A stretch of 64,000 nt of DNA from Gammaproteobacteria bacterium (GTDB taxonomy: Bacteria > Pseudomonadota > Gammaproteobacteria > Ga0077554 > Ga007554): NCBI GenBank assembly GCA_023266055.1, contig JAHFRW010000010.1:4139-68138 (forward strand). The letters run 5' to 3'. Below the pieces are notes generated by a model. The model made no database searches. It was not told the DNA's origin and worked only from the letters and a program-made list of their open reading frames with translations. The position numbers and the translations under genes are program-made. Below are positions 29,530 through 38,148 of this stretch, piece by piece. Each line of letters opens with the position of its first letter. Positions within the stretch are counted from its first letter, which is position 1.

Positions 29530-30554
29530 TAATTATTATCATTGTCCTTGATGACGACGGGAGTGCGTGCACGCAACCCCTCAATCAACCCCTGCCACGC
29601 TGCATCAGCCTGCTCACGCATCAATAATTCACGCGCCCGTGGCTCAGCGGCCACGGCATCGTTCAACACTGCCGCAGCACGCTCACCCAGCCGCAACACC
29701 ACCACCCCCTGCAGCAACATCACGGGATCCGAAATGTCCCCTGCCACCATTTTATCTAGCACCTGCTGCGCCTCAGCGGCCAGCATGCCGTGATGCACAT
29801 ACCCCAAATCCCCGCCCCTGGCGGCTGAACTGTCAGCAGAATGCAAGCGCGCCAACTCCGCAAAATCCGCACCGTTGCGCAACTTGCCGACCAGCTGGGC
29901 GGCCTCCTGCTCGGCCACTTTCCACATTTGCGCAGATGCCGACGGCGCCACTTTCAGCAAAATCAACGAAACACGCACACGCTCGGGCGTGGTGAATTGA
30001 TCCAGATGATCCTGATAATACTGACGCACTTCCGCCATGCCTGGCACAGGCACCTGCTTCACCTGCGCTTCAAGCTGTGCCAGCTTATCTTCGTCTTCCA
30101 GGCGGCCACGCAACAACGGCAGGGCACGCTCCCTGTCCGCACGCCATTCTGACGTACCCGACAGACGTTGCTCAATCTGGGCCAGTTTGGCATCCACCGC
30201 CACCGTATTCGCCACAATACCGCGACGCCTGATTTCCTGCCGCAACAGCACTCGATCAACCAGACGTTGCGTTACCTCAAGACGATACGCGGTCAACTGC
30301 TCCGGTTGCGGCGCGCCGTGAAAAAACCTGCGGCGCATGCCCTCATGCAGGGCCGCCTGGAACTCCTCGCGGGAAACACTCTCTTCCCCCACCATTGCAA
30401 AAGGCGTTGATATTTCAATGGAAGACGACTGAACTGCACCAACCGCCGATTCAGTCATTGCATCAGGCGCCGCGTATACCGCCGGCACCAGTGCCACGGC
30501 TAGCAGCGCCACCCCTCCCTGCCAGGCACCCAAACGCCACCCTCTATTTGGCAT
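29529..30554 (-). CDS. SurA/PpiC-type peptidyl-prolyl isomerase (UetB-like)
   Basis: GADFAELARLHSADSSAARGGDLG; ISDPV. Confidence 0.88.
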   Translation of the reverse strand: MPNRGWRLGAWQGGVALLAVALVPAVYAAPDAMTESAVGAVQSSSIEISTPFAMVGEESVSREEFQAALHEGMRRRFFHGAPQPEQLTAYRLEVTQRLVDRVLLRQEIRRRGIVANTVAVDAKLAQIEQRLSGTSEWRADRERALPLLRGRLEDEDKLAQLEAQVKQVPVPGMAEVRQYYQDHLDQFTTPERVRVSLILLKVAPSASAQMWKVAEQEAAQLVGKLRNGADFAELARLHSADSSAARGGDLGYVHHGMLAAEAQQVLDKMVAGDISDPVMLLQGVVVLRLGERAAAVLNDAVAAEPRARELLMREQADAAWQGLIEGLRARTPVVIKDNDNN

Positions 30555-31377
30555 GGCAGGTCAAGCATACCGCACTGCCCTTCGGATCTACGCGCAGAAA
30601 AGTAGGGTTATAATCAACATGCGGATCATGGCACGACGCGCATTCCACATAGGGCTGTGGCTCGCCGGCAAACCGGCCACGCGTGCCCACGCGGGTATAC
30701 AGCTTCATATCCGTCTTCTCAAACGCCAGCGAGCCCTCCACCGGCGTGTTCACCCACCATACGCGCTCAGTGCCCACAATGGCGGTACTGGCCTGATTAA
30801 AATCCTTGTCCGCACCCGGACCGGAAGGGTTGGAGGACGAATACCCCCCTCCCGCAAATTGAATACCGACAGGATGGTCATTGGTCAAATCCTTGCCAAG
30901 ATTGGTAATCACACTGGGCGGCGCAATGCGGCCACCTACTGTAGAGGCCTGACCACTCCAGCGACCCGTGCTGAAACCTTGCACAATACGTCCCGATCCT
31001 GGCTCATTGAGCAATGAATCCATTGCCTGGGTACCATCGTGGCACGACAGGCAGGCCAGCGATACCGACCCCACCTGCTCCACATGAGCATCCAGCGTGG
31101 TGGTACCCATCTGATCGTAGGTCTGGAACCCATTAGGATCAAGATTACGGTTCCACAGCGGCACAGCGGCCGCCTCATTGGCACCATGAGGGGTATGGCA
31201 GAACACGCAGATCTCGCGCGTACCGCTGAACTGACTGGCCGCGTTAATGCCGGTACTGCCCAGATTGTGCTTGGTATTAAAAATTCCGGCCAAAGCCCCC
31301 CCCGCCACCAATAATAGCAGCACAGCAATAATCAGATTTTTTCCGGAGGCCGTGTGGCTACGGTACTTTATTGTCAT
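30544..31377 (-). CDS. Tetraheme doubled-CxxCH cytochrome (UetA-like)
   Basis: CVFCH, CLSCH, CASCH, CLTCH; TKHNL, PLWNR, DLTNDHP. Confidence 0.92.
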   Translation of the reverse strand: MTIKYRSHTASGKNLIIAVLLLLVAGGALAGIFNTKHNLGSTGINAASQFSGTREICVFCHTPHGANEAAAVPLWNRNLDPNGFQTYDQMGTTTLDAHVEQVGSVSLACLSCHDGTQAMDSLLNEPGSGRIVQGFSTGRWSGQASTVGGRIAPPSVITNLGKDLTNDHPVGIQFAGGGYSSSNPSGPGADKDFNQASTAIVGTERVWWVNTPVEGSLAFEKTDMKLYTRVGTRGRFAGEPQPYVECASCHDPHVDYNPTFLRVDPKGSAVCLTCHAK

Positions 31378-31399
31378 CTTCCCACCCCTAATCCTTAGC

Positions 31400-31429
31400 T
31401 TTCTAACACAGGGGGTTTTGCGCTGTCAA
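31400..31429 (-). promoter_or_regulatory. Candidate sigma70 promoter for the cytochrome operon
   Basis: Minus strand TTGACA-18 nt-TAGAAA with a TGn extended -10. Confidence 0.45.
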
Positions 31430-31512
31430 TGAAAGCCGGGGAAAACGGGCCGAAAAAATACACAGGGAGAAATACTCCCTCTCACTCCCCACTCTGCATC
31501 ACATGGAATCAT

Positions 31513-31552
31513 AAAAAAAACGGGCACCCCCACTGAAAGCGGGGGTGCCCGT
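31513..31552 (-). terminator. Rho-independent terminator after the porin
   Basis: CGGGCACCCCC/GGGGGTGCCCG stem followed by T8 on the minus strand. Confidence 0.85.
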
Positions 31553-31605
31553 GATTAACGACTGCTCAGACTATAAAAATGGATAATGCATCCACCTGCC
31601 GCCGG

Positions 31606-32664
31606 TTACTTTGACGAGAAGGTATGGTTAACACCCACAGAGAAGGATGAAACATCCTTGCCTGTTACGCCACCCACACCCTCAACCGTGTACTTGGCCG
31701 CAGAGTCGTTGCTGACCATGGTGTACAAAGCATAGGCTTCCGTGGTCTTGGACAGGGCATAGGACGCGCCCAATGCAAACTGGGTCGCACCGGTATCCGC
31801 CACACCACCCGTCTTGTCAGCCACGGCGAGCGCCGCTTTCAAGGTGATGGCATCCATCTTGTGCGCTACGTTCAGGTACCAGGCATCACGGTCATTGTTT
31901 GTACCGCCCTTGTCCGCACTTTCCCAGATGGCGCCAATGGTCGTCGCCCCACCCAAGGTAAAGGCACCGCCAATCTTCCATGCCGTAGCATCATCTGTTC
32001 CACCGGGAACAGTTGTAAAGGCGTTCAACGACTCATAAGCAGCCGTCAGGTAAAGTGGGCCCTGCGTGTAAGAACCGCTCAAGCTGTAGGCATCCTGGTC
32101 ACTTGCGGCCGTGGTCAAGGGCAACTCATCGCTACCGCCAGGACGAGTGCTATAGGCTATCGCGCCCTTGAAACCACTGATGTCCGGCGATCTGTACTGA
32201 ATGGAATTGTCAAACCGGCCACCGAAGGTAGCCTTGTCTGAATTAACCGCGCTTATAATTCCGTTATAATCACCACGGGTATCAACAAAGATATCCATTC
32301 CCTGGGTTGAATTCTTGTAGGGTGTATTGATACGCCCCGCCAGCACCGTGCCGAAACCACCGCTCAAACCCACGTAAGCATCACGTTTCTTGGAGCCCCA
32401 GGTGCTGGTATCAAACGCCACTTCCTGTTCAAACTGCCACATCGCTTTCAGGCCACCGCCCAGATCTTCATCACCCTTGAAGCCTAGACGTGAAGCATTG
32501 CTGCTAATAGCAATTGCCTTGTCTTCATATCCTGCTGCGGCGTCATCGTTGCTACTGAAATCCACTGACATACGGGCCTGACCGTATACTTCAACACCCG
32601 CCTGCGCCAGCACAGGCACCATGAATCCTGCACTTGCCACTATTACCGCCAATTTTTTATGCAT
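31606..32664 (-). CDS. Gram-negative general porin, paralogue 3
   Basis: MHKKL signal, VEVYG, SRLGFKGDEDLG, AYVGLSGGFGTV, C-terminal VGVNHTF. Confidence 0.9.
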   Translation of the reverse strand: MHKKLAVIVASAGFMVPVLAQAGVEVYGQARMSVDFSSNDDAAAGYEDKAIAISSNASRLGFKGDEDLGGGLKAMWQFEQEVAFDTSTWGSKKRDAYVGLSGGFGTVLAGRINTPYKNSTQGMDIFVDTRGDYNGIISAVNSDKATFGGRFDNSIQYRSPDISGFKGAIAYSTRPGGSDELPLTTAASDQDAYSLSGSYTQGPLYLTAAYESLNAFTTVPGGTDDATAWKIGGAFTLGGATTIGAIWESADKGGTNNDRDAWYLNVAHKMDAITLKAALAVADKTGGVADTGATQFALGASYALSKTTEAYALYTMVSNDSAAKYTVEGVGGVTGKDVSSFSVGVNHTFSSK

Positions 32665-32764
32665 ATTACTCATCTCTCCACTCCCCAATTAAGCGTTCAT
32701 CTCCTAAAATATCTTGCAAAAACAGCATACCAACACTTTATGACAACTCGGTGACAACCACCAT

Positions 32765-32804
32765 AAAAAAACGGGCAGCCCTTCATAAAGACAAGGCTGC
32801 CCGT
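32765..32804 (-). terminator. Rho-independent terminator
   Basis: CGGGCAGCC/GGCTGCCCG stem + T7 on the minus strand. Confidence 0.82.
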
Positions 32805-32872
32805 CTATACCTCCCCCATACCAACGGGGAAAGCGCACCACAAGCGGGGTTACTGCGCCCCCGCTCTATGCT

Positions 32873-33934
32873 TTACTTGGATGAAAAAGTATGATTAACA
32901 CCCACAGAGAAAGATGAAACATCCTTGCCTGTTACGCCACCCACACCCTCAACCGTGTACTTGGCCGCAGAGTCGTTGCTGACCATGGTGTACAAAGCAT
33001 AGGCTTCCGTGGTCTTGGACAGGGCATAGGACGCGCCCAATGCAAACTGGGTCGCACCGGTATCCGCCACACCACCCGTCTTGTCAGCCACGGCGAGCGC
33101 CGCTTTCAAGGTGATGGCATCCATCTTGTGCGCTACGTTCAGGTACCAGGCATCACGGTCATTGTTTGTACCGCCCTTGTCCGCACTTTCCCAGATGGCG
33201 CCAATGGTCGTCGCCCCACCCAAGGTAAAGGCACCGCCAATCTTCCATGCCGTAGCATCATCTGTTCCACCGGGAACAGTTGTAAAGGCGTTCAACGACT
33301 CATAAGCAGCCGTCAGGTAAAGTGGGCCCTGCGTGTAAGAACCGCTCAAGCTGTAGGCATCCTGGTCACTTGCCGTGGTTGTCATGGGCAGATCATCACT
33401 GGAGTAATTGGTGCTATAGGCTATCGCGCCCTTGAAACCACTGATGTCCGGCGATCTGTACTGAATGGAATTGTCAAACCGGTTGTTAAACGTGGCGCTG
33501 TTTGAGTTAACCACACCCATAATTCCATTGTAATCGCCGCGGGTGCTGGCAAACACATCCATTGGCTGGGTTGTATTCTTGTAAGGTGTATTGATCCGTC
33601 CAGCCAACACCGTACCAAATCCACCGCCTAATCCGATGAACGAATCACGCTTCTTGGAACCCCAGGTGCTGGTATCAAACGCCACTTCCTGTTCAAACTG
33701 CCACATTGCCTTCAAGCCATTGCCCAAATCTTCATCACCCTTGAAGCCAAGACGTGACTTATTGCTGGTGATAGAAATTGCCTTGTCTTCAAACCCTGCT
33801 GCAGTGTCATCGTTGTTGCTGAAATCCAGGGACATGCGTGCCTGACCGTAAACTTCCACACCCGCCTGCGCAGCTAACGGTGCGGCCAGAACACCTGCTA
33901 CTGCCAAAGCAATTAACTTCTTTTGCATTTTCAT
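32873..33934 (-). CDS. Gram-negative general porin, paralogue 2
   Basis: MQKKLIALAVA; same porin motifs; C-terminal half identical to paralogue 3. Confidence 0.92.
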   Translation of the reverse strand: MKMQKKLIALAVAGVLAAPLAAQAGVEVYGQARMSLDFSNNDDTAAGFEDKAISITSNKSRLGFKGDEDLGNGLKAMWQFEQEVAFDTSTWGSKKRDSFIGLGGGFGTVLAGRINTPYKNTTQPMDVFASTRGDYNGIMGVVNSNSATFNNRFDNSIQYRSPDISGFKGAIAYSTNYSSDDLPMTTTASDQDAYSLSGSYTQGPLYLTAAYESLNAFTTVPGGTDDATAWKIGGAFTLGGATTIGAIWESADKGGTNNDRDAWYLNVAHKMDAITLKAALAVADKTGGVADTGATQFALGASYALSKTTEAYALYTMVSNDSAAKYTVEGVGGVTGKDVSSFSVGVNHTFSSK

Positions 33935-34027
33935 TTGCTCCCTATAAATTTAAGTGCATGTTAAACAGAAATAAAGCCACAAACATCAGATGGCATGGGG
34001 GCAACTTTACAAGGCTGACCCACGAAG

Positions 34028-34103
34028 ATGCAACACCTTTCGTAACGAAAACCACAACCGACGCCAAAGTGTAGCAAATATGATACAGCGGGTAAAAATT
34101 AAA
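34028..34103 (-). promoter_or_regulatory. Conserved upstream block shared with 35501-35577
   Basis: ATGCAACA-28 nt-CCAAARTGTRGCAAATATGAKACRG...AAAAATTAAA with the same spacing upstream of two porins. Confidence 0.6.
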
Positions 34104-34326
34104 GTGTGTCGCCGTGCTCGCGAACCATTAATTGGGACATCCCCGTCCCAATTAATGACTGCGCCCGGCAACAAGTACGCCTGCAGCGCCCGGACAGGCC
34201 TGTCGTTGTTTCCCCATGTTGTCTATACGGGTGCTCTCGCACTCATTCCGACAACACAGGGAAACCTCGGCTATCCGGGGCTTGCCCGCCACCGCTCGCT
34301 TTCGCGTCGCCCTCCCTGGCGGGCGC
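34101..34326 (-). repeat. Structured non-coding repeat, copy 1
   Basis: Inverted homologue of 35729-36011; conserved stems with compensatory changes. Confidence 0.85.
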
Positions 34327-34340
34327 TTCTGTATCTTCTA

Positions 34341-35405
34341 TTATTTGGATGAGAAGGTGTGGTTAATGCCCACCGAAAAAGATGAAACGTCTTCACCCAA
34401 TACACCATTTACGCCATCAAGACTGTATCTGCCAGCAGAGTCATTACCCACCATGGAGTACAGGGCATACGCCTCGGTGGTCTTGGACAAGGCATACGAC
34501 CCGCCCAGCGAAAACTGATTAGCCCCGGTATCTGCCACGCCACCAGTTTCGTCCGCCATGGCATAGGCAGCCATCAGAGCGATGTCACCCATCTTGTGCT
34601 TCACGCTTAGGGTCCAGGCGTCACGATCACCATTTGTAGCGGTGGTACCGCCCATATCCAGACTTTCCCAAATGGCGCCGAAGGTGGTGTGGCTCATCAG
34701 TGTGTAGCTGCCGCCGATCTTCCAGGCAGAAACATCATCACCGCCCGCACCCAAGGCATTCCATGACTCATAACCGGCGGTCACAAAAATAGGGCCGCTG
34801 GCGTAAGTGCCGCTCAAGCTGTAGGCATCTTCCTTGCCCTGGGCTGTCGTCATCGGCAGGCTGTCGCCCGTCGCGGCACTCGGCACAATATACGCCGCCA
34901 TCGCGCTAAAGCCACTCATGTCCGGTGACGCATACGCCACCGCGTTGTCTGCGCCATTCTCATCATTCCAGCCGGTATTCCCATTCAGCGAACCTATAAT
35001 GGCGTTGTTATCGCCACGGGTGTTGCGGAAGGGATCCAGGCCACTGGTCGCAATGCGGTAAGGCGTGCCCAACTTGCCCGCCAGAACCGTACCAAAACCG
35101 CCGCTCAAACCGATGTAAGAAGCACGACGGCTGTCATTCCAGTTGCCAGTGTCAAAAGCAACTCCCTGCTCAAACTGCCACAGAGCCTTCAAGCCACCGC
35201 CCAGGTCTTCATCCCCACGGAAACCAAGACGTGAGCGATTGCTGGACACGGCAAGGGCGCTGTCTTCATTCGTAGCCACTGGATCGTTATTACTGTTGAA
35301 ATCCAGGGACATACGTGCCTGGCCGTAAATTTCAACGCCCGCCTGTGCGGCTAACGGCGCAGCCAAAACACCTGCTACTGCTAAAGCAATCAACTTCTTT
35401 TGCAT
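34341..35405 (-). CDS. Gram-negative general porin, paralogue 1
   Basis: MQKKLIALAVA, SRLGFRGDEDLG, VGINHTF. Confidence 0.92.
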   Translation of the reverse strand: MQKKLIALAVAGVLAAPLAAQAGVEIYGQARMSLDFNSNNDPVATNEDSALAVSSNRSRLGFRGDEDLGGGLKALWQFEQGVAFDTGNWNDSRRASYIGLSGGFGTVLAGKLGTPYRIATSGLDPFRNTRGDNNAIIGSLNGNTGWNDENGADNAVAYASPDMSGFSAMAAYIVPSAATGDSLPMTTAQGKEDAYSLSGTYASGPIFVTAGYESWNALGAGGDDVSAWKIGGSYTLMSHTTFGAIWESLDMGGTTATNGDRDAWTLSVKHKMGDIALMAAYAMADETGGVADTGANQFSLGGSYALSKTTEAYALYSMVGNDSAGRYSLDGVNGVLGEDVSSFSVGINHTFSSK

Positions 35406-35500
35406 TTTACTCGCTCCCTTAAAAAATGTATTTTATGCGTACGAAAACATTACGTTCCAGATGGTAATACAAAGGTTAGGTTGACGGTGCGCAACACCAA

Positions 35501-35577
35501 ATGCAACATTTTTTATCAGTAGGGCGATAAATTGCACCAAAATGTGGCAAATATGAGACGGTGCGCCAAAAATTAAA
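35501..35577 (-). promoter_or_regulatory. Conserved upstream block (second copy)
   Basis: Matches 34028-34103. Confidence 0.6.
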
Positions 35578-35728
35578 AGGGGAAGCATTTATACAAAAAA
35601 TTAAGGGCGGCTGAAATCAGGGGCCTGCAACAAAACAACCCCGCTGCTCTGGGCTAGCGGCCAGTAATTTTTGCCCTGTGTCGCCAAAGGCAATGTCAAC
35701 CGTATGGCCAGATCAAGACAGGCCGCCG

Positions 35729-36011
35729 GCGCCCGCCAGGGAGAGCGAGGCGAAAGCGAGCGGTGGCGGGCACCCCCCGGATAGCCGAGGTTTCCCTGTG
35801 TTGTCGGAATGTGTGCGATAGCACACGTGTAGACAACATGGGGAAACAACGACAGGCGTAGCGGCATTGTGGTCGCCATGACGCGCGGCGTAGTCGCGTG
35901 TCGTGGCGAACGCAGGCCTGTCCGGGCGCCGAAGGCATACTTGTTGCCGAGCGCAGTCATTTTAGGGATTGGGATATCCCAAAATGGCTCACGAGCACGA
36001 CGACACACTTT
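35729..36011 (+). repeat. Structured non-coding repeat, copy 2 (with an extra 60-nt hairpin arm)
   Basis: Homologous to 34101-34326; abuts the stop codon of the VOC gene. Confidence 0.85.
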
Positions 36012-36374
36012 TTACACACCAACATCTGACCATACCGCAAGCTCATTACCGCTTGGCTCAATAAAATGAAAGCGGCGCCCACCGGGAAATGAAAATATGG
36101 CCTTGCTGATCACCCCCCCGGCCTGCTTAACCTTTACTTGTGTAGCCTCCAGATCCTGGCTGTAAAAAACCATTAATGCCGCGCCCTTCTCAGACACTGA
36201 TGCGAGCTCGGACCTGAAAAAACCCCCGTTCAGACCCTGATTCGAGAAAGCGGCATAGTTCGAGCCGTAATCGACAAAGGTCCATCCAAACGCTGTTTCA
36301 AAAAATTGCTTTGTTGCCTGAATATCTTTTGCAGGATATTCAACATAATTGATTTTCTCATGTTTATTCATCAC
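36012..36374 (-). CDS. VOC/glyoxalase family protein
   Basis: INYVEYP..D..ATK.FF, FPGGRRFHFIEPSGNELAVWS. Confidence 0.9.
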   Translation of the reverse strand: MMNKHEKINYVEYPAKDIQATKQFFETAFGWTFVDYGSNYAAFSNQGLNGGFFRSELASVSEKGAALMVFYSQDLEATQVKVKQAGGVISKAIFSFPGGRRFHFIEPSGNELAVWSDVGV

Positions 36375-36421
36375 CGTGTCCTCTCTAGGAACATCATTAT
36401 GGCGTTATGATGCCGCGTTTC

Positions 36422-37204
36422 TTAACGGTTGGGCGCCTGTTCTCCACACAAACCGGGACTGTCGCACGGAGAATGGTTAATAATCTCGACCTTCGGATTA
36501 CCATTGCTGAAACGTCGGAGATAGAAACCCACCCATGCCGTGTTATTGGAATAATCTTTTTCTATAAAGACCTTGTCAGGATTCGCCGTACTGACGAGAT
36601 AGTAGAAACCTTCAGGCGCGCCGGTAATATCCAGTTGCTGGCCGTTCGTCGCCTGATGGTATTGATCAACCCAGCCCGGACTAATGCCCTGGTAAGCCCC
36701 TGCGCAATCAGAATAGACTCGGTTGAGCGCGTTTGAATTACCCTCAAGCTTGTACCAGTCAATCAGACAGAAGGTGGTTTTGAGCGAATTGCCGCCAAAC
36801 ACTGGGCCGCTGGGGCTGCCCTGCCGCACCTCAAACAACGCGATGCCGTCGATGTGCCAGTGATTATGCTGCTCATGAAACGCGAACCGACTCACCACTT
36901 TCTCCTCGACGACATTCCCGTGCACGTCCAGAATTTCCTGAATGGCCTCTTGAACCTGCAACGTATCACTGATCGGGAAGCCTGGCCGCATCCGCCATGG
37001 TCCCACGCCTGTATTTGCCACGCCGTTCGAGAACCGCAGTATTTCGCGCTGCTGCTTATTCACAAGCTGGAGATGCAAAGGAACAACTGTGCGCAGATCC
37101 GGCAACTGGGCATTAACGTTGTCGGCCACCGCCGGTCCCGAAAAAAACAGGGGGGCGCCCAACGCCAGGGCCAGAGCCAGTGAATAAGTCATGTGTCTTC
37201 TCAT
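36422..37204 (-). CDS. Secreted lysyl-oxidase-like protein
   Basis: Signal peptide; LPDL, LRFS..VAN.G.GP, FHEQHNHWH, KTTFCLID, QGISPGWVDQY, LDITG, NPD...E.DYSNN. Confidence 0.82.
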   Translation of the reverse strand: MRRHMTYSLALALALGAPLFFSGPAVADNVNAQLPDLRTVVPLHLQLVNKQQREILRFSNGVANTGVGPWRMRPGFPISDTLQVQEAIQEILDVHGNVVEEKVVSRFAFHEQHNHWHIDGIALFEVRQGSPSGPVFGGNSLKTTFCLIDWYKLEGNSNALNRVYSDCAGAYQGISPGWVDQYHQATNGQQLDITGAPEGFYYLVSTANPDKVFIEKDYSNNTAWVGFYLRRFSNGNPKVEIINHSPCDSPGLCGEQAPNR

Positions 37205-37399
37205 TGCGCATTTCCTTACATTAATTTTGATGGTTCTTTACGGGGAAAATCTAATAACTTGACATCCATTTGTGCAAGACACGGTCAATCTGTGGTTGAC
37301 CCATGGCATTATGCAGCATAACGGTGCCACACCTGTTTTTCAATATGATGTATACAACAATAATTCAACCACACCTGTCTCACGTATTCATCAGAACCA

Positions 37400-37545
37400 C
37401 CGACCAGTGAAAGTAGCATGGCTGCAGACACACGAAACAGTGCAGGCACTTCAAGCAACGAGCCAATGAAAGAGACACCCCACATGGTCATGGCGACCAG
37501 AGCGGTAATCACAGGCGATGGAAGCCTGAGTTCGAACGATTGCAT
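37400..37545 (-). pseudogene. 5' fragment of an isoprenylcysteine carboxyl methyltransferase-family membrane gene
   Basis: MQSFELRLPSPVITALVAMTMW resembles the family N-terminus; similarity lost after about 50 aa. Confidence 0.4.
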
Positions 37546-37819
37546 GTGAATGACCTTGATATCTGACGTGATGTAGAAAAACACAGAATATCACCCTGCC
37601 ATTAGACCTAATACCAGCCATGCACTCATGCAGCACCCCCTCCCTCACGCCAGTCTGGCACACAACCCTTTCTCTATAAATACAATTGTTTATGCCATGA
37701 CATAGTGACCTCCACAGCCCAAACCAACCCGATGCTTCACCCCACCCCACGCGCAAATAACCCTGTCGTAGAAAAGTACGGCATAATATGTGCTGAACCC
37801 GACTTGAGCGTATAGGCCC

Positions 37820-38140
37820 ATGATTGCAATTTATGACCGAAAAGGCTTTGATGTGTTGTTGACGGTGCGGGCGCCTACCCTGCGGGGTGCCCGGCTGATG
37901 GGTGCGGCATTGGGCAATGCCAATATGGTGGAGTTTGATTTACGCGGGGCGGATTTGAGCGGGGCAGATTTATCGCATGCTGATTTACGGCTGGCGAATT
38001 TTCGCGGCGCCAACCTGAAAGGGGCCAATCTGACCGGCGCCGATGTTACCGGCGCCGATTTCACTGACGCGGATGTGAGTGATACGGTGCTACAGCCTTC
38101 CAACCTGGCGGCGGTCATTGCCCAGCTTGTGGATGACTGA
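37820..38140 (+). CDS. Pentapeptide repeat protein
   Basis: ADLSG ADLSH ADLRL ANFRG ANLKG ANLTG. Confidence 0.9.
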   Translation: MIAIYDRKGFDVLLTVRAPTLRGARLMGAALGNANMVEFDLRGADLSGADLSHADLRLANFRGANLKGANLTGADVTGADFTDADVSDTVLQPSNLAAVIAQLVDD

Positions 38141-38148
38141 CCGCACCC

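Noticed and set aside
32713-32732. Possible sigma54 promoter upstream of porin 3
   Set aside because: GG-to-GC spacing is 12 nt rather than the required 10
34106-36008. Similar short ORFs at 33990-34366 and 35601-36008
   Set aside because: They are translations of the non-coding repeat; indels and different frames between the copies
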